In this document: piece after piece, positions 19,132 to 28,666 of the stretch
Numbering within the stretch: position 1 is the stretch's first letter
Layout: every line of letters begins with the position of its first letter
Origin: a virus
Virus record (IMG/VR): IMGVR_UViG_3300044641_004147
Coordinates: 1-64,000 of that record
DNA length: 64,000 nt
Strand: one strand, 5' to 3'
Program-made: the position numbers and the translations under genes
The notes under the pieces: generated by a model
Databases searched by the model: none
Told to the model about the DNA's origin: nothing
What the model saw: the letters and a program-made list of their open reading frames with translations, nothing else

Positions 19132-20004
19132 ATGATAAAGATACCAAACTACAATGTTATAGTGCCCAATATACCAGATCTTCGATTAATAACAAAAAGA
19201 AGAACAGATTTAACTGGGGAACGCGGAGAATTATCATTTAATTACACCGCAAGTGGAACAACTTTTTTCAGATTGCCCTGGGTGCCTACGGCCACAGAAT
19301 GGGTAGAAATTTATATTGACGGAATACGACTAATTAATCCCAGAGTGACCAGCGCCGTTGGCGGCAGTCAATTTGAAGTTTTTAACATAGTTGACAGCAC
19401 AGGTGTACTGTTTAATACTCCCATCAGCGGTGAACTTACAGTAATCTGTGATACCAAAGCCACGCCCTGGTATGGAGCACTGAAAATTGATCCAAGAAAT
19501 GTGCAGGCCATTGACCAATATAAAAATTTGCATGATTTTAACTTTTATAGTTGGCCAGTGGTAGGTGGATCAATTAACGGGCTAAACTATAGAGTCTACT
19601 ATGACCCGGGACCAATATTTGAACCCAACAGTTATGTAATTGTCACAGGTTGTAAGCCTTCAAAATTTAACGGTAATTTTCAAGTAATTGCCAGTACAGC
19701 CGACACTGTGGTATTCAGAGGAAATGTAGTTTCACAGGCCGGTACCGGTATGGATGCCCCTGGCAAAATCTCAGGATTTGGCAATGGCATAATTAAACAA
19801 ACCACCAGCATTGGCCTATATTCTGAACCTGTGATTATCACACAACCCCAACACGGATATGCAAGGTTAACCACTGATAGGCAGGGCATTGCTTATATCC
19901 CAAATATAAATTACATAGGCAATGATGCTTTTAGTTGGGCATTAATTAATCAGCACGGACAAATTGGCGATCCTAAGTGCGTTAATATTAGGGTACGAGC
20001 CTAA
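19132..20004 (+). CDS. Putative virion protein with C-terminal Ig-like (Big_9-type) segment
   Basis: QPQHG.......YIPN.NY.G.D.F motif. Confidence 0.65.
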   Translation: MIKIPNYNVIVPNIPDLRLITKRRTDLTGERGELSFNYTASGTTFFRLPWVPTATEWVEIYIDGIRLINPRVTSAVGGSQFEVFNIVDSTGVLFNTPISGELTVICDTKATPWYGALKIDPRNVQAIDQYKNLHDFNFYSWPVVGGSINGLNYRVYYDPGPIFEPNSYVIVTGCKPSKFNGNFQVIASTADTVVFRGNVVSQAGTGMDAPGKISGFGNGIIKQTTSIGLYSEPVIITQPQHGYARLTTDRQGIAYIPNINYIGNDAFSWALINQHGQIGDPKCVNIRVRA

Positions 20005-20071
20005 GCTAAACACCAAACGGGCCCAACGGATTGCCTAGCATAAATATACAATAAAGAGCTAGGATAACCGC

Positions 20072-20431
20072 ATGGCAGCACCGAATTTAATCCAAGTAAC
20101 CTCAGTTTATGGTAGAACCACTAGTACCAGTATAGGTACAGCGGTAACCACTGTGGTTAGTAACCCAACTAGCAGTAACAAATCTTATAAAATTAATTCT
20201 TTGTACATAGCTAATATCGACTCCGCTAGCGAAGTCAAAGTCAGTGTAGACTTTTTTAGATCCGGTACAAGTATTAGAATAGTTGATAGAATGCCCATTG
20301 CCGCAGGCGATAGTTTAGTAGCATTGGGCAGAGATACCAGCATTTATCTCGAGGAAGGCGACAGCCTCAGAGCCTATGCCGATGTGGCAGGCAGAACACA
20401 TTTAGTTTGTAGCTTCGAAATTAACACCTAA
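20072..20431 (+). CDS. Small beta-sandwich virion protein (MAAPN family)
   Basis: SIYLEEGDSLRA motif; preceded by TAAATA at 20041. Confidence 0.75.
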   Translation: MAAPNLIQVTSVYGRTTSTSIGTAVTTVVSNPTSSNKSYKINSLYIANIDSASEVKVSVDFFRSGTSIRIVDRMPIAAGDSLVALGRDTSIYLEEGDSLRAYADVAGRTHLVCSFEINT

Positions 20432-20442
20432 GCTAGTACAGT

Positions 20443-23400
20443 ATGACTATTAAGTACCTAAAATCTACCGCCGGATCCAGTGCAATTAATGTTGGCACAA
20501 TCAGCGGGCTGATTGGTAATATAACCACTTTTTACAAAGCAATAACCATAGCCAACAGTACTGTTACTTCTAGCAGTACTACTGGAGCATTGGTAGTTCA
20601 GGGCGGCGTTGGAATTGGTGGCAGTTTAAGTATTGCCGGTGGTGCAGTTGTAAACGGTACACTTCGTGCATTTAGTGCCAATTTTACCACTAACGCAGTT
20701 ATCGCTGGTACACTAACCAGCACAAATATAAACAACAGTGGCCTAATTACCAGCAGTAGCGGTAACATTGGCATTATCAATTCTACAACAGTTACAGCCA
20801 CCGGACAAGGAACTTTTGGTAGTTTACAAGTTAGTGGATTGGTCAATGCAGGACAAGTTACTGCCAGTTCTGGAACCATATCTACATTTACTGCCACTAG
20901 TATTGGCACTGGTTCATTAAGTGCATCGGGAACAATAGCTGCCGCAACCGTGAGTGCGGAAAATATACAACCCAGGACCGGTCTACAGATTAACTTTGGC
21001 AATGCGGATAAAGTTAGAATTACTGGTGGATCCAACGGGCAAGTTCTTGGCACAGATGGTAATGGTAACTTAACCTGGATCGACGGTCCAGGACAATTAA
21101 ATGTAGGCACAGGGTTAGTTCGCGTTGGCAACACTATTAGTCTTGCTGGCACAGGATTCGCACCCGGAGTATACAACCAAGTCACTGTAGACAACTATGG
21201 TAGAGTGGTAAATGGTTTGTCTGTGACAGAAACATTAGATTCTGTTGTTACCAGAGGATCTTCTACTAATCAAATAATTAGTCTGACCAATACTACTGAC
21301 AGTAATAGTGTAGTATCAGGCGCATTGATAATCACTGGTGGCCTAGGTGTTGCCAAAACTATTACAGCAAATCAGTTAGTAAGTAAAACTAGCATTACAG
21401 CTGAACAGACATTATTTGCACAAGACATTTCTCAGTTTGCCAAGACGGCATTTTTCAATGGCGTAGATAACGGCACCGTACCAATTAAGATCAAAGCTGG
21501 AAGTTTAATTCCTGGGGCTGGGTCTGGCAGTGTTGAATTCGACGGCGACTATCTGTATATTACTACCAGTGCCGGTAGACAAATTTTAGCAGCCAGAGAC
21601 ATTAATGCACCTTCTAGTCCAGTGGCTGCAACCAAGGCAGTGGCCACAAGAAATATTAATATCAGTGCAGCCACTCAAACAGTGGTCAGTGGTATTGATG
21701 TAGTAGACTGTTGGGATGATGTAACTTTATCGGCATTTGATAGAGTTTTACTAACACAGCAAACTAATCCATCAGAAAACGGTGTTTGGGTATTCCAAGG
21801 CGAAGGACAACCGCTACAGCGTGCCTTAGACTTTAACGCACTAACAGGCATATACAACGGTACAATTATATTTGTATCCAAAGGTACAGCCAACGCTGGA
21901 TCATATTTTAAGATTGACACCGACAATCCAATTGCAGTTGGCACAGATAGTATCAGCATAGTTCAGCTATTCAATAAAAACAATATCTCTATAGCCAACT
22001 TTCCAAAAGACACTACTGGTGGATTGATTGCTAGAACAGAGTATGGTGTATCTGCTCTAAGAAGCTTAACATCTGCTACTACTTGGATAACTGTTGTCAA
22101 CGCCGACGGTAAATTAGGTAATCCTACTATCAGTGCTGGCACAGTACCAGTTACCAGTGGTGGTACAGGACGCACCAATATTATTGGATGGATGCGCGGC
22201 ACTGGCACTAGTATTGTAAGTAGCCAAACTATTCCATTGGCAAACATTGCCGGCGCCGGCACAATGGCCAGTCAGAATGCCAATGCTGTCAGCATCACTG
22301 GCGGCAACATTTCGGTAACTAATGTAACAGCGTCTACAATCACTGCTACTTCTGATTTAACAGTTGGTTCGGCTACAGTATCTGGCGCAGTTGCAGCCAA
22401 CACACTGACTGCCAATGCAGCTACAATTGGCAATTTAACAGTCAGTGGCCCGATAAACATTCCAAATTTATTTGGAAATTCGTTGGCACTTGGAGCCAAT
22501 ACCACTGGTAGCTTGAGTACCGCGGCGGTGAGTGTTTCTACTACACAAACGGTAACAGATACTATTGCATTAATGAATGTGGTCTTAGGAAAACTAGTAC
22601 CTCCACCACCACCAACATTCCCTAACAGTCAAAGTTTAAGCGTCAGTTCTTTGACCACTGCTAGGATGACTAATTTTACTCAAACTGATAACACAGCTAC
22701 ACAGGGTCGTAGTGTTGCCGGTGGAACTACAGTAGCATCTATTAGAAGGTCCGGCAGTTATCAAACTAATAATATCACTGGCAGTGGCCCAGGTGACACC
22801 GGAACGGTAACAGTATTCAAGAACGGCACTGCCACTGGATCTAAGGCAATGGTCGGCGGCGAGAACGGAACTTTTAGTGATTTGGTTATTTTTAACAACC
22901 AGGATTACAGTATTGTTAATCCTGCGGTGTCTGCAAACTTTTGGTATAGCTTTGATGCACGAGCTGCTGGTTCTGTGTCGGCTGGCTGGAATGAAGTTAG
23001 AATAGCACATACCGCATCGACTACAACTAACACAGTATATTGGTATTACGACTCAAGCAGCCCTGGTACACCACAATTTACCAACACAATGATCACAGAA
23101 GATGTGGCATCATTGTCCTATAGCAGTACTGTACCACATTATACTTCTAACAGTAGATTTGATATTAGTTTTGATATTAACAAACTCAGTGGCGATACCT
23201 ATCCTACAACCAACGATTTTGTATCTGGCACAGCAGGTGGAGCGTTTAATACTCCGGCAACATTGTCTTACTCTGCTGCCGGCGTTACCACACCACTGGC
23301 TAGAAATTTGTATGCCAGTTCCGGCAGTGTAAACTTAACAACCACAGCAAATATTCGTTCTGGATTTGGATCAAGCAGTTTAGGTCCAAGTCTTACTGTA

Positions 23401-24105
23401 GATAACAGCTATGCCACAGGGTCGCACACATTTGCACCTGGCGTAACAATACTTTATAAAACTGGCACCGGAACACAAATTGAAGAAACCAGTATTCCTG
23501 TAAACAGTGTAGGTGCTGGTTCTGGCAATGGGTACAGAATTGCAAATCCAGGTAGCAGTGACACTCCTGCTTACACTGCCAATGCTACGGCATTTGACAG
23601 CCAATTATCTGTGCTAAACAGCTATGATGCCACAGTAGTTGGCGCAGTGGTAAAACATGATCAAACAAATTACAGCACTGGCTATTTGCCAATAGGTCCT
23701 AATCTAAGCACAGGGCGCAATGGCTCACAGTATTTTACTTTTAAGTTTGTGCGTAGTGTGGTTAGTAAGTTTGACATTAAGTACACCGGTACAATTTCTG
23801 GATTGTATGTAGCACTACCGGGTAGTACTATAGATACAACATCTACACTAAATGGCTGGGTTGACGCGGGCATTGCTTATAATGGTGCTGGCGTACCGGG
23901 TGCTGGTGCCGGTGGTAACGGCAGCAACGGCGCGGCCATTGGCGGTGTGGCAGCAGTTAATTCTGCACAGACCAACCGTCGTGTAACAGTTACTTTTGGT
24001 ACAGTCAGCAGTAGTGCCACTGCAACCAACGAAATTTATGTACGAGTCAGACTCAGTGCAGGACAGAGTTTAACCGCACTAAGCATAGAAACAGCATCGA
24101 ATTAA
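20443..24105 (+). CDS. Long tail-fibre-like protein (1220 aa)
   Basis: STTGALVV.GGVGI repeats, GQVLGTDG.GNL.W, Y.QVTVD.YGRV, DRVLL..QT.PSENGVW, VTSGGTG, GTMASQNANAV.ITGG fibre motifs. Confidence 0.8.
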   Translation: MTIKYLKSTAGSSAINVGTISGLIGNITTFYKAITIANSTVTSSSTTGALVVQGGVGIGGSLSIAGGAVVNGTLRAFSANFTTNAVIAGTLTSTNINNSGLITSSSGNIGIINSTTVTATGQGTFGSLQVSGLVNAGQVTASSGTISTFTATSIGTGSLSASGTIAAATVSAENIQPRTGLQINFGNADKVRITGGSNGQVLGTDGNGNLTWIDGPGQLNVGTGLVRVGNTISLAGTGFAPGVYNQVTVDNYGRVVNGLSVTETLDSVVTRGSSTNQIISLTNTTDSNSVVSGALIITGGLGVAKTITANQLVSKTSITAEQTLFAQDISQFAKTAFFNGVDNGTVPIKIKAGSLIPGAGSGSVEFDGDYLYITTSAGRQILAARDINAPSSPVAATKAVATRNINISAATQTVVSGIDVVDCWDDVTLSAFDRVLLTQQTNPSENGVWVFQGEGQPLQRALDFNALTGIYNGTIIFVSKGTANAGSYFKIDTDNPIAVGTDSISIVQLFNKNNISIANFPKDTTGGLIARTEYGVSALRSLTSATTWITVVNADGKLGNPTISAGTVPVTSGGTGRTNIIGWMRGTGTSIVSSQTIPLANIAGAGTMASQNANAVSITGGNISVTNVTASTITATSDLTVGSATVSGAVAANTLTANAATIGNLTVSGPINIPNLFGNSLALGANTTGSLSTAAVSVSTTQTVTDTIALMNVVLGKLVPPPPPTFPNSQSLSVSSLTTARMTNFTQTDNTATQGRSVAGGTTVASIRRSGSYQTNNITGSGPGDTGTVTVFKNGTATGSKAMVGGENGTFSDLVIFNNQDYSIVNPAVSANFWYSFDARAAGSVSAGWNEVRIAHTASTTTNTVYWYYDSSSPGTPQFTNTMITEDVASLSYSSTVPHYTSNSRFDISFDINKLSGDTYPTTNDFVSGTAGGAFNTPATLSYSAAGVTTPLARNLYASSGSVNLTTTANIRSGFGSSSLGPSLTVDNSYATGSHTFAPGVTILYKTGTGTQIEETSIPVNSVGAGSGNGYRIANPGSSDTPAYTANATAFDSQLSVLNSYDATVVGAVVKHDQTNYSTGYLPIGPNLSTGRNGSQYFTFKFVRSVVSKFDIKYTGTISGLYVALPGSTIDTTSTLNGWVDAGIAYNGAGVPGAGAGGNGSNGAAIGGVAAVNSAQTNRRVTVTFGTVSSSATATNEIYVRVRLSAGQSLTALSIETASN

Positions 24106-24106
24106 T

Positions 24107-24946
24107 ATGGCAATATCTGAACAACAAAAAGTCGACCTGCTGCTCAAGAAACTGAGTTTTGGTGTATCCAAGACAGATACAGCCACGGTTAAAAGCGCCA
24201 GTAACGAAAGCATTCCTAGCCCTTTACTAGTCCGCGGCGACTTAATTTGGGTCAAAGCTGGGGATATTACACAAACACCGCCACTGGGCAACACTGAAAT
24301 TATACAGGTAAAGATAGGTAGTAGCAGTGCAGAATTCAGTCCTGATATAACTAGTACTACAAATCGTACCTGGTTGGCTAATTTAACTGATTGGATTCCT
24401 CCTGAATTTGGATCAGGATATCAGGTGCGTGTGTGGACTGCACCTGCCGGAACAGCTAATCCTACATCCAGTGGCACAAGATTATATCCTGATGGCTCTG
24501 GCAACAACGATAGTTGGTATTTTGATTACCAAGCAGGAGTACTAAATTTCCCAGACACTAACATTCCTGCCAGCGTAACAGGAAATCGTGTTTTTATCGA
24601 GGGTTATAGGTACATTGGCCTAAAAGGGTTTGATGCTGGTTCAAGTCAGGGGTTTGTTAGCAAAGGCCCAGACCCGAGTAATTGGGACACAAACACCATA
24701 TTTGGGCTGTATAATGTAAATAGAGTAAGCTGGTCGGGAACGGTTGGAACACCAACGGAAGCTAACACAGTTGGTCTTTTAACCGTTTATGTTAGTGAAA
24801 ATACAGTAGTACAAAAGTACCAACCAAATGATACAACTAGTCTGTACGGAGCTGAGTACGTGAGAATTAAAGCAATTGCTGGCGCTTGGTCGTCATGGTC
24901 TCGCGTAGTAGCAGATGCAAGTTTAGTTGATGGCGGAACATTTTAA
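24107..24946 (+). CDS. Putative virion protein ending in DGGTF
   Basis: QKVDLLLKK...G..KTD N-terminus, W.FDYQAGVL.F, DGGTF C-terminal motif. Confidence 0.7.
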   Translation: MAISEQQKVDLLLKKLSFGVSKTDTATVKSASNESIPSPLLVRGDLIWVKAGDITQTPPLGNTEIIQVKIGSSSAEFSPDITSTTNRTWLANLTDWIPPEFGSGYQVRVWTAPAGTANPTSSGTRLYPDGSGNNDSWYFDYQAGVLNFPDTNIPASVTGNRVFIEGYRYIGLKGFDAGSSQGFVSKGPDPSNWDTNTIFGLYNVNRVSWSGTVGTPTEANTVGLLTVYVSENTVVQKYQPNDTTSLYGAEYVRIKAIAGAWSSWSRVVADASLVDGGTF

Positions 24947-24964
24947 TAAAAATAGGAAAAGAAA

Positions 24965-26698
24965 ATGGCAAATAAGATCTTAATTAAGCGTTCAAGTAAT
25001 CAGGGCGGAGTACCATCAACCGCACAGCTTGACTATGCTGAATTGGCTATTAATACATATGATGGCAGACTGTTTGCCAAGACAAATTCTGGGTCACCTG
25101 CTGTGGTTGACCTTACTCGCAATGATCCTATTAGGGTCCTTGGCGACGCCAGCAGCACTTATGCCTGGGATCAAAGTACCTATACCAGTAATGTTACTGT
25201 ATCCCTTAACACTGTTAATTCTAATATAGGATCATTTGGCGGCAAAGCTTCTGGTGTCTTGACTATTCCTATTGTTACAGTTAACGCCAAAGGTCTAGTT
25301 ACCGGTGTAACTACTACAACATTCAGTGCCGCAGGTGATTTTGGCAACATGAGCACCCAAAATTCTGACAATGTTAATATCATTGGCGGAAATATCGATG
25401 GTACTGTAATTGGCGGAACCACTCGTGCTGCTGGTAGTTTTACCAGCGTAACTACAACCAATGATGTTGTAGTTGGCGGCAACCTAGTAGTTCAAGGTAC
25501 AACTACCACAGTTAATTCTAGTACAGTGGCCGTTGGCGATTTGAATATTGAATTAGCCAAGGATGCTACCACAGCAGCACAGGCCAATGGAGCAGGTATC
25601 ACTATAGTTGGACCGGCTACTCCTGCTACAATTAACTATGCCAGCGCCGACGATAGCTGGAATTTTAACAAAAAGGTAAATCTTGGCGCATTGAATTTAA
25701 GCAGTGCCACAGCGTCTGGGTCAATCTCAGCTGATAGCTTTTCTGGTACATTAAATGCCACAGCCGGTTCTGGCAATGCTGGTATTGTTTGGCCAAATAA
25801 CATCGGTGGTGGCACAGGTGATTTGGCCAGTATCAAGTATTATGTACACAGCAATCAAGAAGCTACCGTACTGGAAATTAAAGTAGCCAATGACTCGGGC
25901 CCAGCAGCATCTGGCCCAGATTACATTAGATTAAATGCCACTGGCGGAACTGTTGTTGACAACACTCTAACTGCAGATGCTGTAACAGTTAATAATGCCT
26001 TAGCCGCTGGATCGATTAGTACCGCCGGCACATTGGCCGCAGGTACATCTACATTAGGTTTAACATCTGCTACTGCTATTAATGCTACGCCGATTGGCAA
26101 TGCTACTCCGAGCACCGGTTCGTTTACCACAGGTAATTTCAGTGGAATTACAAATTTTGCCTCCAATGTTACTGTTAACACAGATAAAATTGTACTAAGA
26201 TCCAGCAATGGCGACATTATTACCCAGGGTAATTTACTCATTACTCAGGGTAAGATTGTTGTACAAGATTTAGAAATTACTGGAAGTACCACATTAGGTA
26301 GTGTAAGCGCCACTGGTGTTACCAGCACACAAGTTGTTTATGCTAACTCTAGTAATGCACTAACCGGCGAAAGCACATTCACCTATAACGACAGTACCAA
26401 AGTTCTAAGTTTAACTAATTTAGCCACAACTGGTTGGGCCAATATCGCAGGCGTTTTAGTAGTCGGCGGTGCCGTGACACTATCCAGCACATTAAATGTC
26501 ACAGGGTTAACTACATTAACAGCCGCAACACAGATAACCAGCAATGTAACTTATACCGCAGGATCTTACAATACTGGAGCGTTTGGTGTAACCGGAGATG
26601 TTAGCATAGCCGGAAAAATGCAAGTTCAAGGTGCAATCTACAAAGGCGGAAACGAAGTTTTAAGTACCGCAGACACCATTGATGGAGGCACTTACTAA
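24965..26698 (+). CDS. Tail-fibre protein with T4 gp37-like/Mtd-N N-terminus, ends DGGTY
   Basis: ILIKRS....P....L...ELAIN..DGRLF; VQGTTTTVNS..V.V.D.NIEL. Confidence 0.8.
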   Translation: MANKILIKRSSNQGGVPSTAQLDYAELAINTYDGRLFAKTNSGSPAVVDLTRNDPIRVLGDASSTYAWDQSTYTSNVTVSLNTVNSNIGSFGGKASGVLTIPIVTVNAKGLVTGVTTTTFSAAGDFGNMSTQNSDNVNIIGGNIDGTVIGGTTRAAGSFTSVTTTNDVVVGGNLVVQGTTTTVNSSTVAVGDLNIELAKDATTAAQANGAGITIVGPATPATINYASADDSWNFNKKVNLGALNLSSATASGSISADSFSGTLNATAGSGNAGIVWPNNIGGGTGDLASIKYYVHSNQEATVLEIKVANDSGPAASGPDYIRLNATGGTVVDNTLTADAVTVNNALAAGSISTAGTLAAGTSTLGLTSATAINATPIGNATPSTGSFTTGNFSGITNFASNVTVNTDKIVLRSSNGDIITQGNLLITQGKIVVQDLEITGSTTLGSVSATGVTSTQVVYANSSNALTGESTFTYNDSTKVLSLTNLATTGWANIAGVLVVGGAVTLSSTLNVTGLTTLTAATQITSNVTYTAGSYNTGAFGVTGDVSIAGKMQVQGAIYKGGNEVLSTADTIDGGTY

Positions 26699-26735
26699 AT
26701 CGGCTAAATACTTAAGAAGTTTTTTAAGCATAGGC

Positions 26736-26765
26736 AAGGCTAGGACTTCAAACTCCTAGCCTTTT
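26736..26765 (+). promoter_or_regulatory. Strong hairpin in the leader downstream of late promoter 26705-26710
   Basis: AAGGCTAGGA / TCCTAGCCTT 10-bp stem followed by a short T run. Confidence 0.5.
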
Positions 26766-26807
26766 GCGTATGTGTCCTGCTATATAGCACTTGTTTAGGA
26801 AAGCCAC

Positions 26808-28322
26808 ATGGCCAATGTTATTAAGTTAAAAAGATCAACCGTCCCGGGTAGAATTCCCGACGCAAATGACCTGCAGGTTGGCGAAATTGCAGTTAACACC
26901 GCAGATGGTTTAATATACACTAAACACAGTGACAACTCCATTAGAACAATTTCTAACGTTAACTCGTTTATCAGTAACGTTAGTTTTGATACCGTAACTC
27001 TCACAGGCAACTTTACATATCAGCCAATCGAATTTCGCAGTAATGTTGTCAGTACCAGTACAACCACTGGTGCAGTAATTGTACAAGGTGGCCTGGGTGT
27101 AAGTGGCAATGTTGTAACCACAGCAGTCTACACAGACGGATTATTTTACAGCAATGGATCATCGTTACTGGGCACCGGGGGACTGCAAAAAATGTTGTAT
27201 GTTGCCAAAAATGGCAACGACAGTAACCCCGGATCATTTAACGCTCCGTTCCTTACCATAAAATCAGCATTGGCAGCAGCCACTTCGGGTAGTACAGTTT
27301 TTGTTGCACCTGGCACTTACACAGAAAACAATCCTGTAACTATTCCGGCAAATGTCAGCTTAAAAGGTGACGATCTTCGTACAGTGTTTATAGCACCACA
27401 AAACCCTAACAGCGATCTGTTCTATGTATCCAATGGCTGCTATGCCTGGGGATTCACAATCAGAGACTATTTGGCCAACGGCTTTGCTTACAATCCTGCA
27501 ACACCTAATCAAAATGTTTTTGTAAGTCCTTATATACAAAACATTACCAGCAGTACTACCACTGGCACAGCAGTTTACATTGACGGTAGCAAGACCAGTG
27601 CAATCAGTACCAAAGCCATGATTCTTGGTTTCTTTACAATTATTAATCGTGGCGGCAAAGGTGTACACCTGGTTAACAAAGCCTATAGTCAGGCTGTTAA
27701 CATTTATACAATTGCCACTGACATTGGAGTTTTAGCCGAATCTGGATCGTTTATTACACTTAACGGATCAGACAACGGTATTGGTAATTACGGATTAAAG
27801 GCAGTGGGCACCGGCCCAGAAGAATTAACTGGCACAACTTTTGGTGATACACAAATTGGTATTTTTGAAATTCGAAATTTGGCAGCACAGCCCAAGGTCA
27901 ATCAAACTTTGAAAATTGATGGTGATGCTAATTATTACAGCATTGACCAAGTTGAACTGGTAGATGGACTGACCTGGCGTGTTATCATACAAGAAGTTTT
28001 TACAGATCTTGTACCTTCGGGCACCACAGTAAGATTCTATCAGCGTAGTGCTATCATTGCATCAGCACACACATTTGAATATGTAGGTGCCGGTACTAAT
28101 CCTGCTACAGCACTGCCGCAATATGGCGGATTGCCAATTGAAGCAAATGAAGTCATTGAACAAAGCGGTGGTCGGGTAACATTCACCAGTACCGACCACA
28201 AAGGTAATTTTAAAATTGGTGCAAATTTAGTTATTAACCAAGCTACCGGTATTATCAACGGTGACAGTTTTAATAGAAGTATGTTTGCGCTAATGACACC
28301 ATACATACTAGCACTGAATTAA
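26808..28322 (+). CDS. Fibre/spike protein: gp37-like N-terminus plus right-handed beta-helix (pectin-lyase-like) domain
   Basis: IKLKRS.VPG..P...L..GEIAVNTADG; YVAKNGNDSNPG....PFLTI..AL; VAPGTYTE; V.LKGDDLR. Confidence 0.8.
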   Translation: MANVIKLKRSTVPGRIPDANDLQVGEIAVNTADGLIYTKHSDNSIRTISNVNSFISNVSFDTVTLTGNFTYQPIEFRSNVVSTSTTTGAVIVQGGLGVSGNVVTTAVYTDGLFYSNGSSLLGTGGLQKMLYVAKNGNDSNPGSFNAPFLTIKSALAAATSGSTVFVAPGTYTENNPVTIPANVSLKGDDLRTVFIAPQNPNSDLFYVSNGCYAWGFTIRDYLANGFAYNPATPNQNVFVSPYIQNITSSTTTGTAVYIDGSKTSAISTKAMILGFFTIINRGGKGVHLVNKAYSQAVNIYTIATDIGVLAESGSFITLNGSDNGIGNYGLKAVGTGPEELTGTTFGDTQIGIFEIRNLAAQPKVNQTLKIDGDANYYSIDQVELVDGLTWRVIIQEVFTDLVPSGTTVRFYQRSAIIASAHTFEYVGAGTNPATALPQYGGLPIEANEVIEQSGGRVTFTSTDHKGNFKIGANLVINQATGIINGDSFNRSMFALMTPYILALN

Positions 28323-28332
28323 AGGTTAACAA

Positions 28333-28665
28333 ATGGCAATAGCAATTAACGTTTTCAAAACTGTAACCGCAAACTTAACCACAGTTAGCAGTGAAATTTA
28401 CACAGCACCATCGGGCTATACTGCCGTTGTGTTATTGGCACATGTCAGTAACACTGGCAACAGTATAGTTACTGTTACTAGTAATCATGTGCGTTCTGGA
28501 GTCCAGACTAACATACTTACTAATGCACCGTTACCACCCAGTGATGCAATGACCTTGCTATCTGGCAAATTAATATTACAGACTGGCGATAAAGTAAATA
28601 TTCGCGCCAGCGCCAATGCTGCCGCACAAATTGTATTAAGCATACTAGAAACTGCAAACCCATAA
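28333..28665 (+). CDS. Small beta-sandwich virion protein
   Basis: IYTAP.GYT.VVL.A.V.N; GKLILQTGD; LSILET. Confidence 0.75.
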   Translation: MAIAINVFKTVTANLTTVSSEIYTAPSGYTAVVLLAHVSNTGNSIVTVTSNHVRSGVQTNILTNAPLPPSDAMTLLSGKLILQTGDKVNIRASANAAAQIVLSILETANP

Positions 28666-28666
28666 T

